From the NCBI GenBank assembly GCA_963741955.1, contig CAVUKB010000001.1:160001-224000 (forward strand): 64,000 bases of DNA, in the 5' to 3' direction. Origin of the DNA: an uncultured Acidobacteriota bacterium (GTDB lineage Bacteria > Acidobacteriota > Thermoanaerobaculia > Gp7-AA8). The first letter of the stretch is position 1. Each line of letters starts with the position of its first letter. Of the stretch, positions 1 to 10,218 are shown in pieces. The position numbers and the translations under genes are program-made. The notes beneath the pieces are model-generated. The model saw only the letters and a program-made list of their open reading frames with translations, was not told the DNA's origin and did no database searches.

Positions 1-286
1 GGCGCGCGCAACTTCGGCGACGAAGGCATAGTGGTGACTATGTTGAGGAGCCGAAGATGTGCGCAACGTAGTAGACAGGCCGCTATCCGTCTCCGCAGCA
101 AAGACGATGTGAGAAATGCGGGCTAGGAGTCTGCGCGATAGAAACCGTCCTACTGCGAAAGCGGATCAACGGTCCAAATCCGCCCGGATTTTCGGCGAGT
201 AGCCACCGCGTGGCGCCCCTCGGAGAGGGGATCCTTCGCTGCCCAGCAAGCTCGCGACGAGACGGTGTGAGAAATGCGGCCTAAGA
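1..286. repeat. MITE-like structured repeat remnant(s)
   Basis: GTGAGAAATGCGG(G/C)CTA occurs twice (~109-125 and ~268-284); nested hairpins CTTCGGC..GCCGAAG and CATAGT..ACTATG at 12-57; no credible ORF. The element runs off the window start. Confidence 0.35.
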
Positions 287-311
287 ACACGGCTGAGACT
301 GGTAAGCGCCT

Positions 312-373
312 CTGTCACAGTCCTGTTACACACGTGAAATTTTTCACAATGTCGTGCGGATCCTTCGTATAAT
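312..373 (+). promoter_or_regulatory. Putative sigma70 promoter with operator sites
   Basis: Perfect TATAAT at 368-373; palindrome CGTGA-AATTTT-TCACA at 333-348 (CRP/FNR- or Rex-like); 11-bp-period direct repeat CTGTCAC-N4-CTGTTAC at 312-329 (PhoB/OmpR-box-like); AT-rich against a GC-rich background. Confidence 0.5.
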
Positions 374-379
374 CGTCCT

Positions 380-562
380 CGAAAAGAAAACTGGATGGGC
401 AGACAAGGAATTTGCTTCCCTGGTAATTGCCTGCCGATACCTGATGAAAATCAGTCCTGACATCCGCAGTTAAGCCCATCACAAAAAGCCAACCTCCCCA
501 GCGTTCCGGAAGGCTCATCCAGTGAGAATCAGCCCCGGCCGAAAGGCCGGGGCGGTTTTTTT
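380..562 (+). ncRNA. Candidate small RNA (~180 nt, long hairpin; possibly 6S-like)
   Basis: Lies between a TATAAT promoter and a + strand intrinsic terminator; closing stem ACTGGATGGGC/GCTCATCCAGT, inner stems AATTGC/GCAGTT and CTGAT-GAAA-ATCAG; no convincing ORF. Confidence 0.45.
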
Positions 563-1455
563 GTGAGCTGAATGAGGATCTGGTCGAGGACGAGCCGGAT
601 GTCGGCGTTCACGATCATCTTTGCGAAGCCGCGAAGCGCAGCCTCGGATGCTTCGAGGAGTCGGGCAACGTCGATCCCTTTGCGTACGCGCTCCACGGCG
701 GCCGGGTCGACGGAGTGATCGCTCTCCAGCGCGGCCAGATCTCGGAGTGCCGCCGCGAGAATGGTCAACGCAACCCGCGGCTCTCCGATCGCGCTCAGCT
801 CCGCAGAGAGCGCGAGGAGCGCGGCCGTGTCATCCTCCGTCGCGTAGGCCTCGACGGCGTGGACGATGCTCCCCGTCGCTTCCCGGATGGTCTCGAGATC
901 CACTCCCGGCAGGAGCTGCTGCAGCCGGGCGATCTGAAGAGGCAGGCCCTCCGTGCGCGCGAGCTCTCGTGCGGGGATCTCGACGTCGGGGCGAATGGGA
1001 ATGGACTGCGAGCGTGACCTGATGGTCGGGAGGAGGAGATCCGCCGAGCGTGTGAGGAGAAGAAAGATCGAGTTCCCCACCGGCTCTTCGAGAGTCTTGA
1101 GGAGTGCGTTCGCTCCGGAGACGCTCATCGCATCGGCGGGATCGACGATGAAGACCTTGTGCTTCCCCTCGTAGGGACGCAGGGTCGCCTCCGCGATCAT
1201 TCCGCGGATCTGTTCGATGGCGATCAGCTTCCGCTGTTCGGCGACGGCGATGGTCTTCACGTCGGGATGCGCGCCCCGATCGATCCTGCTGCAGGTCGGA
1301 CAGGAGTCGCCGAGCGATCCCTCCGGGCACTGCAGCGCCTTGGCTATTCCGATCGCCACGTCCCGCAGGCGGTTCGGGTCGGGACCGTGGAGGATCAACG
1401 CGTGGTGAAGACCGCCGCGACTGGCGGTCTTGTAGAGCAGCCTGGTCGCGCTCAT
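529..1455 (-). CDS. holB: DNA polymerase III subunit delta'
   Basis: HALILHGP, zinc motif C..SCPTC, HPDV, ANALLKTLEEP, LLPTIRSR; directly downstream of tmk. Confidence 0.93.
   Translation of the reverse strand: MSATRLLYKTASRGGLHHALILHGPDPNRLRDVAIGIAKALQCPEGSLGDSCPTCSRIDRGAHPDVKTIAVAEQRKLIAIEQIRGMIAEATLRPYEGKHKVFIVDPADAMSVSGANALLKTLEEPVGNSIFLLLTRSADLLLPTIRSRSQSIPIRPDVEIPARELARTEGLPLQIARLQQLLPGVDLETIREATGSIVHAVEAYATEDDTAALLALSAELSAIGEPRVALTILAAALRDLAALESDHSVDPAAVERVRKGIDVARLLEASEAALRGFAKMIVNADIRLVLDQILIQLTKKPPRPFGRG
533..562 (+). terminator. Rho-independent terminator
   Basis: CCCCGGCC-GAAA-GGCCGGGG hairpin followed by a T7 run; overlaps the holB 3' end on the opposite strand. Confidence 0.75.
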
Positions 1456-2126
1456 GTCTGCTGCGATGCTCCGATCCCGAGCTGCGGCGCGCGACGGGCG
1501 AGGGTGTCGATCATCGCCGAGTAGACGTCGTCCGGCGATCCCCCCGCCTCGATGACCTCGTACCGCTCCGGTTCCGCTTCGGCCAGCGCGAGATACCCTT
1601 CGCGAACCCGGCGGTGAAAGCGGAGATCTTCTCCTTCGATGCGGCTCTCGCCCTGGAGAAGCTCGGATGTGTCGTTGCGCGTGCGTGCACGCTGCAGTCC
1701 GAGGCTCTCCTGAAGATCGAAGATCAACGTGAGATCGGGATACGTTCCCTCGGTGACCCAGTCGTTGAGGTTCCGCAGCCGTTCGAGCTCCAGTTGCCGC
1801 CCGAACCCCTGATAGGCGAGCGTTGCGTCGGTGTAGCGATCGCAGAGAACGACTGCGCCGCGCTCGAGCGCCGGACGGATCAGTTCCACCACGTGCTGGC
1901 GACGCGACGCTGCGTAGAGAAAGAGCTCGGTGAGAGCATCCATCCCTTCCTCCTGCGGGTCGAGGAGGATGGCGCGGATCCGGTTCCCGAGCGGCGTTCC
2001 GCCCGGCTCTTTGGTGAGAACGACGTTCCGGCCGGAAGTGCGGATGAGATCCGCGAGACGATCGATCTGGGTCGTCTTTCCGGATCCTTCAATACCTTCG
2101 AGTGCGAGGAAATAGCCGATCGACAT
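1452..2126 (-). CDS. tmk: Thymidylate (dTMP) kinase
   Basis: EGIEGSGKTTQ P-loop, KEPGGT, LCDRYTDATLAYQG. Confidence 0.96.
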   Translation of the reverse strand: MSIGYFLALEGIEGSGKTTQIDRLADLIRTSGRNVVLTKEPGGTPLGNRIRAILLDPQEEGMDALTELFLYAASRRQHVVELIRPALERGAVVLCDRYTDATLAYQGFGRQLELERLRNLNDWVTEGTYPDLTLIFDLQESLGLQRARTRNDTSELLQGESRIEGEDLRFHRRVREGYLALAEAEPERYEVIEAGGSPDDVYSAMIDTLARRAPQLGIGASQQT

Positions 2127-2221
2127 AGGGGCGACATTCTATCGTGATTTGGAACCGGCTCCGAACGATGTCGCGAATCGAGGCCCCGGCGTCTCTCTGA
2201 ACTTCTCGACCTGTTCTCCGG

Positions 2222-3157
2222 TCACCCTTCCAGCCCGGCCAGCCCGTCGCGGAGTCCCCTCAGGTAGTGCTGGCGCATCAGCCGTTCGAACGCTTCGTTG
2301 CGGGCGAGGAAGGAGAACTTCTCGCCGAGCCGCGCGCGCCGCCGGAGCCGCGAGAGCGTCTTCTCGTCCGCCACTCCCTTCTCTTCGAGCTCCGCAATCC
2401 CGAGAAAATGCGACAGTTCCGGATGCTTGCGAGCGAAGATCGCACCCGATTTTCCGACCGTGTACTGCCGCCGGGCGAACGATTCGACACTCATCGGATG
2501 GAAGTGACGGGTGATCGCACGGGCGTTGTAGCGGATCTTCAGTCCCTTCGCGTCCAGACGGTACGCGAGCTCGATGTCTTCCCACGCCGCGGCGGGGAAC
2601 GAGGTGTCGAACGGATGCTGCTGCACGAGATTTCTCTCCATCGAGATGTTCGACGTGTAAAAGAAGTTGAACGGGACGATCTCTCCATCGTGGATCAACC
2701 GGTAGCCGAACTGGAGTCCGTAGTCGTTGATGTAGTGCATGAACGCGGTGACCCGCTCGCCGGGAGGCCATCCGGTGTAACCGAGGCATGCGAGCATCGG
2801 ATCGCCTCCCGATTCCTCGTGGGTCCGGTGGTGTTCGGCGAGAAATCGTTCCTCGGGGACGGTGTCGTCGCCGATGAAGACGACGTAGCGTCCGGCTGCG
2901 AGTGACGCGCCTCGATTCCGCGCCTTTCCCGGTCCGGAGTTTTCCTGAGTATGGAATCGGATCGGGTACGAGTGATGGCCGGAAGTCGACTCGTGCTGCA
3001 TCACCGCGGCGGTCTCGTCGCCGGATCCGTCGTCGATGACGATGAGCTCGAACGAAGGGGCGCCGCTCTGCCCGTCGAGTGCGGTGAGGACGCGGCGAAG
3101 TGTGTCGATTCGGTTGTAGGTCGGTACGACGATCGAGAAGAAGGGAGCATCGCTCAC
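2222..3157 (-). CDS. Glycosyltransferase family 2
   Basis: SIVVPTYNR, IDDGSGD, ARNRGA, GDD, WEDIEL motifs. Confidence 0.9.
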   Translation of the reverse strand: MSDAPFFSIVVPTYNRIDTLRRVLTALDGQSGAPSFELIVIDDGSGDETAAVMQHESTSGHHSYPIRFHTQENSGPGKARNRGASLAAGRYVVFIGDDTVPEERFLAEHHRTHEESGGDPMLACLGYTGWPPGERVTAFMHYINDYGLQFGYRLIHDGEIVPFNFFYTSNISMERNLVQQHPFDTSFPAAAWEDIELAYRLDAKGLKIRYNARAITRHFHPMSVESFARRQYTVGKSGAIFARKHPELSHFLGIAELEEKGVADEKTLSRLRRRARLGEKFSFLARNEAFERLMRQHYLRGLRDGLAGLEG

Positions 3158-3897
3158 GCCGACATTCCTCCGTCGACGGTCAGGACCTGCCCGGTGATTC
3201 CGCTCGCTTCATCGGAGAGGAGGAACGCGATCGTCGCGGCCACCTCGTCGGGGCGAATGGCGCGCCGTATCGGAATGTCACGGATCATCGCCTTCCGTAC
3301 CTCCGGATCGAGATCGGCGGTCATGTCCGTCTCGACCAGTCCCGGTGCGACGCAGTTCACGCGTATCCCGCTCCGCGCCACTTCGCGCGCGAGCGAGCGG
3401 GTCAGCGCGATCACTCCTCCCTTCGACGCGCTGTAGTTGGTCTGGCCGACCACTCCGTGCATCCCGGAGAGCGAAGTCACGTTCACGATCGCTCCCTGTC
3501 GCTGGCGCAACATGAACGCGAGCGTTGCCTGGGTGGTGAAGAACACCGCGTCGAGATTGGTCCGGATCACGTCATCCCACGACTCGGGAGTCATCCCGTA
3601 AGCGAGTCCGTCGCTCCGGATCCCCGCATTGTTCACCAGGCCATCGATCGCTCCGAACCGTTCCGCGACCGAAGCCGCGACGATGTCCATCCTCTCTCTG
3701 TCACGGACGTCGGCCTCGAACCCGGCGAGTTGCGGCCGTCCGTCACGCGCACCTGCAGCAACTTCTTCTTCGAACTGCTTCGCCGCTTCCTTCGAGCTCC
3801 GGTAGGTGAACGCGACGTTCCATCCCTCCGCGAGCATGCGCATCGCCGTGACGCGTCCGATCCCGCGGGAGCCTCCGGTGATGAGAACCGTGTTCAT
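3154..3897 (-). CDS. fabG: 3-oxoacyl-ACP reductase FabG-like SDR
   Basis: TGGSRGIG, NNAGI, NYSASKGG (YxxxK), VDGGM. Confidence 0.8.
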   Translation of the reverse strand: MNTVLITGGSRGIGRVTAMRMLAEGWNVAFTYRSSKEAAKQFEEEVAAGARDGRPQLAGFEADVRDRERMDIVAASVAERFGAIDGLVNNAGIRSDGLAYGMTPESWDDVIRTNLDAVFFTTQATLAFMLRQRQGAIVNVTSLSGMHGVVGQTNYSASKGGVIALTRSLAREVARSGIRVNCVAPGLVETDMTADLDPEVRKAMIRDIPIRRAIRPDEVAATIAFLLSDEASGITGQVLTVDGGMSA

Positions 3898-3917
3898 CGG
3901 GAGAATCTCCGGAAGAG

Positions 3918-4068
3918 ACTCGAATTCAGAATGCAGGGTGCAGAATTCAGAATCGAGAAAAGAGACCGCGAGGCAATCCGGATGTGGAGACCCGGCCCCG
4001 GCAGCGTCACCCGCGATTCCGGCCCTTCTTTCTTCATTCTGAATTCTTCACTCTGCATTCTGAATTCG
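3918..4068. repeat. Inverted pair of degenerate heptamer runs (GAATTCA/GAATGCA)
   Basis: GAATTCAGAATGCAG..CAGAATTCAGAAT on the left; complementary ATTCTGAATTC..CTGCATTCTGAATTC on the right; intergenic. Confidence 0.6.
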
Positions 4069-4072
4069 TTCT

Positions 4073-4768
4073 CTACTTCGTTGCCATGTTCTCGGCGATG
4101 GACCTGAAGATCTTCAACCCGTCCGCGTTTCCGAGAAGCTGTTCGGCGCAGCGCTCAGGGTGAGGCATCATGCCGAGCACGTTTCGCTGTTCGTTGCAGA
4201 TGCCGGCGATGTTGCGCGACGAGCCGTTCGGATTCGCGGATTCGACCACTTCGCCGTTCTCGTCGCAGTAGCGGAAGACGACCTGTCCGTTCGATTCGAG
4301 ACGGTCGAGCGTGGCCTCGTCCGCATAGAAGTTTCCTTCGTTGTGCGCGATCTGAAGGCGGAGAATCTCGCCTTCTTCGAGCGTCGACGTGAACGGAGTG
4401 TCCGTCCGATCGGTGCGGAGCCAGACGTCGCGGCAGATGAAGCGGAGGTGAACGTTGCGCATCAGGGCGCCGGGGAGGAGTCCCGTCTCGGTGAGTACCT
4501 GAAATCCGTTGCAGATGCCGAGCACCAGGCCGCCCGCGCCGGCGTGTTTCTTCACCGCTTCCATCACCGGGGCGAACTTCGCGAGCGCGCCGGCCCGAAG
4601 GTAATCGCCGTACGCGAACCCACCCGGTATGATCACGCAGTCGACCCCCCGAAGATCGGTTTCCTTGTGCCAGACCAATCTCGTATCGGCGCCGAGGACG
4701 TCGCTGGCGACGTGGAAGGCGTCGTGGTCACAATTCGAGCCCGGGAGAACGACGACTCCGAATTTCAT
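4073..4768 (-). CDS. purQ: Phosphoribosylformylglycinamidine synthase subunit PurQ
   Basis: [33 protein letters not shown]. Confidence 0.97.
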   Translation of the reverse strand: MKFGVVVLPGSNCDHDAFHVASDVLGADTRLVWHKETDLRGVDCVIIPGGFAYGDYLRAGALAKFAPVMEAVKKHAGAGGLVLGICNGFQVLTETGLLPGALMRNVHLRFICRDVWLRTDRTDTPFTSTLEEGEILRLQIAHNEGNFYADEATLDRLESNGQVVFRYCDENGEVVESANPNGSSRNIAGICNEQRNVLGMMPHPERCAEQLLGNADGLKIFRSIAENMATK

Positions 4769-4806
4769 CTCTGCTCCTCTCCTGCGGTTCGGGGCGGTTC
4801 GACCGT

Positions 4807-5994
4807 TCAGTTGCGATCCGGTCGGGGCGGATTATAGATGGTGAACGATCCGGAGGGGTCGGTCGCATAGATCGTCCCGTCGGCGGGGTTGAACGCGAGC
4901 GCCGAGGCGTCGACTCCGTAAAGAGACGAATCGGTGGTCAGCCGCTTCTGCGCGAGGAACGCGCCGCTGTCGCCGCATCGCCTCTCCGCGAAGTAGATGA
5001 TCCTGTCCGATTCGCCGGTGGTGGCGATCTCCGCCCCCGCATGGCCGGGAAGGCAGACCTTGTGACTGCTGGGGAAATCGGCCGGCTCGAAATGAAGCCG
5101 GATCCCGGCCTCGCCGGGAGTGAGCTTCCCCTCCGTCGGGATCCGGATTCTCTTTTCCGCGAGCCAGTCGGGAGCGATCACGACGATCGCGTCGCCGCCG
5201 GCTGCCCAGATGGCGGAGACGATGTTGCGGTCGGTCTGGAGCGGCTGCCGGGTGATCTCGCGGAACCGTTCGGTGTCGTAGATCGCGAGCATGGTGGCAG
5301 GGCCGGTCTGAAACTGCTCGGAACCGATCACCGCGAGGAAGTTCCCGTCGGGGCTCGGCGCGATGGCCATCGGTTCGAGTGAGGCGAGGGTGCGGAGATC
5401 TCGCTCCCCCTTCTCGTCGTAGACGTGCACCGTGCGGCCGAGGACGTAGAGATAGCGTCCCTGAGGATCGGGGACGAAATCGCGGACCGTCTCCCCTTCG
5501 AGAGTGATCTCCCGAAGAATGCCGAGGTCGGGGAGGGAGAGGATCGACGCGGACTCGTCCGAGCCATTCGCGATGAGAAGGCGTTTTCGATCCGGTGTGA
5601 TCCGGAGCGTCAACAGCTCTTTCGTGGATGCGATCTCGGGATGGTCGAGTACGACGCGCTCGAGGATCGTGCCGCTCTTCGGATCGACTGCGACGACCGC
5701 CTGCGGCTTTGCCAGTCCGATATAGGCCGTGCCGTCCGTCCCGATGGCGATCCCGCGAGGCTGGCCGGGAAGCGACCAACTCCGGATCACGCGCCGGTCG
5801 CGAGAGTGGAGCGGCTGGAGCGATTCGGCAGCTGCCACGCCGGCAGTGAGCGCGACCACCAGAGAGGCGATCAACGCCGCACGACGGCTAGCTCTCGATC
5901 GTGTACGAGTAATTCTCCACGACCGGATTCGCGAGAAGCTTCTCGCACATCGACCGGATCCTGCCGTCGAGCTCCTCTTTCGAGACCTTGTCAT
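4807..5994 (-). CDS. Secreted YncE/YVTN-like beta-propeller protein (true start probably near 5875)
   Basis: Signal-peptide-like [17 protein letters not shown]; repeated blade motifs ([44 protein letters not shown]). The 5' part of the ORF overlaps purS. Confidence 0.7.
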   Translation of the reverse strand: MTRSRKRSSTAGSGRCARSFSRIRSWRITRTRSRASRRAALIASLVVALTAGVAAAESLQPLHSRDRRVIRSWSLPGQPRGIAIGTDGTAYIGLAKPQAVVAVDPKSGTILERVVLDHPEIASTKELLTLRITPDRKRLLIANGSDESASILSLPDLGILREITLEGETVRDFVPDPQGRYLYVLGRTVHVYDEKGERDLRTLASLEPMAIAPSPDGNFLAVIGSEQFQTGPATMLAIYDTERFREITRQPLQTDRNIVSAIWAAGGDAIVVIAPDWLAEKRIRIPTEGKLTPGEAGIRLHFEPADFPSSHKVCLPGHAGAEIATTGESDRIIYFAERRCGDSGAFLAQKRLTTDSSLYGVDASALAFNPADGTIYATDPSGSFTIYNPPRPDRN

Positions 5995-6136
5995 CGCCTA
6001 ACGTCAGATGAAACACCTTTCCGACGCGGACGTCTTCCACTGCGGGAAATCCGAGTGCGGAGAGTGAATGCTGGATCGCCTTTCCCTGAGGGTCGAGGAC
6101 CGCGCTCTTGAGCTCGACGGTAACGGTGATCTTCAA
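5888..6136 (-). CDS. purS: Phosphoribosylformylglycinamidine synthase subunit PurS
   Basis: TTG start after an AAGGAG RBS; [35 protein letters not shown]. Confidence 0.93.
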   Translation of the reverse strand: MKITVTVELKSAVLDPQGKAIQHSLSALGFPAVEDVRVGKVFHLTLGDDKVSKEELDGRIRSMCEKLLANPVVENYSYTIES

Positions 6137-6394
6137 AGTCGCCTCGTCTCCTTGCTGAGGTGCAGCGGCGCGAATCTTATCAGGATCAAAGACGAATGCA
6201 GAATGACGAATTGAAAAATGAGAAGAAAAGGGAAGAGAGAGAGCGCGACGGTGGCCTCCCTTCGGTATGCCGGCTGCCGCGCAAGACTCTCCGGCAGTGT
6301 TTGTTCTTCGTTTTCCACACTCTGAGTGCCGCGATCCCGCGATGAATTCGTCTTCTCCCTTGCGACGACCGTTCGTCCCCGCTATCTTTGTCTC

Positions 6395-6619
6395 ATGGCG
6401 ACGACCCTCCTCGACGTGGACGGCCTCGGCTGCGACCGCTGCGTGAAAGTCGTGCGGAGGGTGCTCGCGGCTGTCCCCGCGGTCCGCAGTGTCGAAGCGT
6501 CTCCCGGTTCTCCCTCGGTCCGGGTCGAATATGAAGGTTCGACCGCCACCATGGACGCGGTGCTCGGGGTGCTCCGGAGGGAAGGGTTCACCGGACGGAT
6601 CCGCGGAGCGAAGCGATGA
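6395..6619 (+). CDS. Heavy-metal-associated (HMA/CopZ-like) protein
   Basis: VDGLGCDRCV (GMxCxxC-like), 74 aa; stop overlaps the next start (ATGA). Confidence 0.8.
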   Translation: MATTLLDVDGLGCDRCVKVVRRVLAAVPAVRSVEASPGSPSVRVEYEGSTATMDAVLGVLRREGFTGRIRGAKR

Positions 6620-7443
6620 AGATCGCACCGCTCGGTTCCGGAAGCGCGGGTAACTCCTACTACATCGAGAGCGAAGGGACGTCCATCCTCGTCGACGCCG
6701 GTTTCGGTCCGCGCGAGACGGAAAAGCGGCTGAGGCTCGTCGGCGCCTCTCTCGCCTCAGTGTCGGCGATCCTGATCACGCACGAGCACTACGACCACAT
6801 CCGCGGAGCGGCAAAGGTCTCCGCGAAGGCTGGCGCGGCGGTGCACATGACCGCGGGAACGCTGCGCGCGAGCTCGCTCGATCCGGAAGAGACCGTGATC
6901 CAGCTCTTCGAGAACGACACGTCGTTCGAGATCGGCGATCTCCTCGTGCATGCGAGACGGACCAGCCACGACGCGTCCGATCCGGTGTCGTACGTCGTCG
7001 AGTCGCGCGAGGGCGCCCGGATTGGAATTGCCAGCGACCTCGGCGCGGTCGATGCGTCGATCCTCGAGCACCTCTCGGGATGCGATGCTCTCTTCTTCGA
7101 GGCGAACCACGATCTCGACATGCTCCGAAGCGGCACGTACCCGTGGAGCCTCAAGCGCCGGATCATGTCGCGGTACGGGCACCTCTCGAATGATGACTCG
7201 ATGACCGCGCTCGAGCGGATCGTCGGAGAGGATCTCCAGAAGCTCTGCCTGATCCACCTCTCTCAGAAGAACAATCACGAGTCGATCGTCGAATCGATGG
7301 CTCTTGGACTTCTCGACCGTCTCGGCGTCAGACCGGAGCTCCGGATCGCCCGGCAGGAAGGGCCGCTGGAGCCGGTCGAGGTCGTGCGCGGGAAGCGCCC
7401 CGCCCCCCGCCCCGCGGCCTTCGGGCAACTCGCACTCTTCTGA
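6616..7443 (+). CDS. MBL-fold metallo-hydrolase (YycJ/WalJ-like)
   Basis: LGSGSAGN, THEHYDH, EANHD, GHLSN, HLSQKNN. Confidence 0.9.
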   Translation: MKIAPLGSGSAGNSYYIESEGTSILVDAGFGPRETEKRLRLVGASLASVSAILITHEHYDHIRGAAKVSAKAGAAVHMTAGTLRASSLDPEETVIQLFENDTSFEIGDLLVHARRTSHDASDPVSYVVESREGARIGIASDLGAVDASILEHLSGCDALFFEANHDLDMLRSGTYPWSLKRRIMSRYGHLSNDDSMTALERIVGEDLQKLCLIHLSQKNNHESIVESMALGLLDRLGVRPELRIARQEGPLEPVEVVRGKRPAPRPAAFGQLALF

Positions 7444-7498
7444 GCCGTCGGAGCCCGCCCGGATTTGTCGCGCCGCATTCCGCGGGACGAGAGCCCAC

Positions 7499-8743
7499 GG
7501 ATCCCTCCGCGCGGTTCGAGCTTTACGGAAACTGTGGATCCTGCCGAGGGGTGCGGATCCCGCTCGGCGGGATCTGCCGCGCAAAAAGTGTTCTACGCGA
7601 ACTGTGGATCCCGCCGAGGGGTGCGGATCATCCGATCCGCCGCGAGAATCGTGTTGTACGCGATGAAGAGCGCGGCTGTGGGTCTCGCGAAGCGTCGTTC
7701 TTCTTGCGCCCCGCTCCGCTTCTGCCCGGGGCGCGGGTGAGGCTGCGTTCGCGCATGCGCCATGATCCGCGCGGCGGATCAGAGGATCCGCTCCCCACGA
7801 CGAACGTGGATCCCGCCGAGGGGTGCGGATCCCGCTCGGCGGGATCTGCCGCGAGAACCGTGTTGTACGCGATGAAGAGCGCGGCTGTGGGTCTCGCGAA
7901 GCGTCGGTCTTCTTGCGCACCGCTCCGCTTCTGCCCGGGGCGCGGGTGAGGCTGCGGTCGCGCACGCGCCGTGATCCGCGCGGCGGATCAGAGGATCCGC
8001 TCCCCACGACGAACGTGGATCCCGCCGCGCGGTTCGAGCTGTACGCGAACTGTGGATCCCGCCGAGGGGTGCGGATCCCGCCCCGCGGGATCCGCCGCGA
8101 GAATCGTGTTGTACGCGATGAAGAGCGCGGCTGTGAGTCTCGCGAAGCGTCGGTCTTCTTGCGCCCCGCTCCGCTTCTGCCCGGGGCGCGGGTGAGGCTG
8201 CGGTCGCGCACGCGCCGTGATCCGCTCGGCGGATCAGAGGATCCGCTCCCCACGACGAACGTGATCCCTCCGCGCGGTTCGAGCTGTACGCGAACTGTGG
8301 ATCCCGCCGAGGGGTGCGGATCCCGCCCCGCGGGATCCGCCGCGAGAACCGTGTTGTACGCGATGAAGGCGGAGGCTGTGGATCACGCGAAGCGTCGGTC
8401 TTCTTGCGCCCCGCTCCGCTTCTGCCCGGGGCGCGGGTGAGGCTGCGGTCGCGCACGCGCCGTGATCCGCTCGGCGGATCAGAGGATCCGCTCCCCACGA
8501 CGAACGTGATCCCTCCGCGCGGTTCGAGCTGTACGCGAACTGTGGATCCCGCCGAGGGGTGCGGATCATCCGATCCGCCGCGAGAACCGTGTTGTACGCG
8601 ATGAAGAGCGCGGCTGTGGGTCTCGCGAAGCGTCGTCGATGCTTCCGCCCCCGCTGCGCTTCTGCCGCGGACGCCGGTGAGGCTGCGGTCGCGCACGCGC
8701 CGTGACTGGCGCGGCGGATCAGAGGATCCGCTCCCCACGACGA
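7499..8743. repeat. Tandem array of ~5 REPIN/BIME-like units (~210-300 bp; typical 245 bp)
   Basis: Each unit ends in CGGCGGATCAGAGGATCCGCTCCCCAC (reverse complement GTGGGGAGCGGATC-CTCT-GATCCGC) and contains GAGGGGTGCGGATC..GATCCGC; units are near-identical. Confidence 0.9.
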
Positions 8744-8931
8744 GGTCTCTCCGGGGTGGGGATCATGGGCCGGAACGTGAATCGAGCCGAGAATCGCGAA
8801 GTTACCCGCAACCCGTAACCCGCGCAACGCACAATGCCGGCTCCACTCGTGATAAAAACCTCTCCGAAACGGACGCGGATGCAGTGGCTGGCCGGGGGAA
8901 TGCATGGCTCCGCTCTTCCGGGAGGGATCGG

Positions 8932-10218
8932 ATGCAGAGATTCATCGTCGAAGGAGGAAGACGCCTGGAGGGGACCATCCGCCCGGGCGGGAACAAGAAT
9001 GCCGCGCTGCCGTTGATCGCTGCATGCCTCCTCACGGACCAGGCGGTCGTCCTGCGCAACCTTCCCCGGATCCAGGATGTCGGGATCATGCTGGAGATCA
9101 TGGAAGGACTCGGCGTCTCGGTGGAGCATCTGGAGCCGAACGTCGTCCGGATTCACGCTCGGGGTGCGATCGCGTGCACGCCGGACGTGAAGCTCTCGCA
9201 ACGCGTCCGCGGATCGCTTCTCTTCGCCGGCCCGCTCCTCGCCCGCTGCGGCGAGGCGGCGATCACCCGCCCGGGTGGCGATGCCATCGGACGCCGCCGC
9301 ATCGACACTCATCTGACTGCGCTCGAAGCGCTCGGCGCGCAGATCGTCGTCTCCGCGTACGAGTACCGGATGAGCGCGATGGGGCTCACCGGGCGGAAGA
9401 TGTTCCTCGACGAGGCGTCGGTGACCGCAACGGAGAACACCGTGATGGCGGCGGTGCTCGCGGAAGGCGATACGCAGATCTACAACGCCGCGGCGGAACC
9501 GCACGTTCAGGATCTCTGCCGTTTTCTCAATCAGCTCGGCGCGAACATCGAAGGGATCGGGACCAACTCTCTCCTGATCCATGGAGTGGACGAGCTCCAC
9601 GGAGGCGAGTTCACCATTCCGAGCGACCACATCGAGGTCGGCTCCTACATCGGGCTCGCCGCGGTGACGCGCGGGGAGATCCTGATCGAGAATGCGGTGA
9701 CTGAGCACATGCATTCGGTTCAGCTCATGTTCGAGAAGCTGGGCGTGGCGATCCAGATCGAAGGGGACGACATCCGGGTCCCGCGCGATCAGGAGATGCG
9801 GGTCCGCTACGACGTCGGCTCGGCGGTGCCGAAGATCGACGACGGACCGTGGCCGCTCTTTCCGGCCGACCTCCTCTCGATCATGATCGTCGTGGCGACG
9901 CAGGCGGATGGGACGGTGCTGATTTTCGAGAAGATGTTCGAATCCCGCCTCTTCTTCACCGACAAGCTGATCGGGATGGGCGCACGGATCATTCTGTGCG
10001 ACCCGCATCGCGCACTGGTGGTCGGCGGCAACCGGCTGGTGGGAGCCGAGATCACCAGTCCCGACATCCGGGCCGGTATGGCGCTGCTCATTGCAGCGCT
10101 CTGCGCGAAAGGCGACAGCGTCATCCACAACATCCAGCAGATCGACCGCGGCTACGAGCGGATCGACGAGCGCCTCACGCCGCTCGGAGCGCGCATCACG
10201 CGTGAGGGGGAGCCTTGA
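8932..10218 (+). CDS. murA: UDP-N-acetylglucosamine 1-carboxyvinyltransferase
   Basis: [23 protein letters not shown] (Asp at the position of E. coli Cys115), SVTATEN, DIRAG, IDRGYE. Confidence 0.96.
   Translation: MQRFIVEGGRRLEGTIRPGGNKNAALPLIAACLLTDQAVVLRNLPRIQDVGIMLEIMEGLGVSVEHLEPNVVRIHARGAIACTPDVKLSQRVRGSLLFAGPLLARCGEAAITRPGGDAIGRRRIDTHLTALEALGAQIVVSAYEYRMSAMGLTGRKMFLDEASVTATENTVMAAVLAEGDTQIYNAAAEPHVQDLCRFLNQLGANIEGIGTNSLLIHGVDELHGGEFTIPSDHIEVGSYIGLAAVTRGEILIENAVTEHMHSVQLMFEKLGVAIQIEGDDIRVPRDQEMRVRYDVGSAVPKIDDGPWPLFPADLLSIMIVVATQADGTVLIFEKMFESRLFFTDKLIGMGARIILCDPHRALVVGGNRLVGAEITSPDIRAGMALLIAALCAKGDSVIHNIQQIDRGYERIDERLTPLGARITREGEP

Noticed and set aside
315-518. 67-aa minus-strand ORF
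   Set aside because: No recognisable motif; the promoter, structure and terminator point to a + strand RNA instead.
6757-8905. Long ORFs across the first repeat array
   Set aside because: Translations of GC-rich tandem repeats on both strands; Arg/Pro/Ser-rich with no protein motifs.
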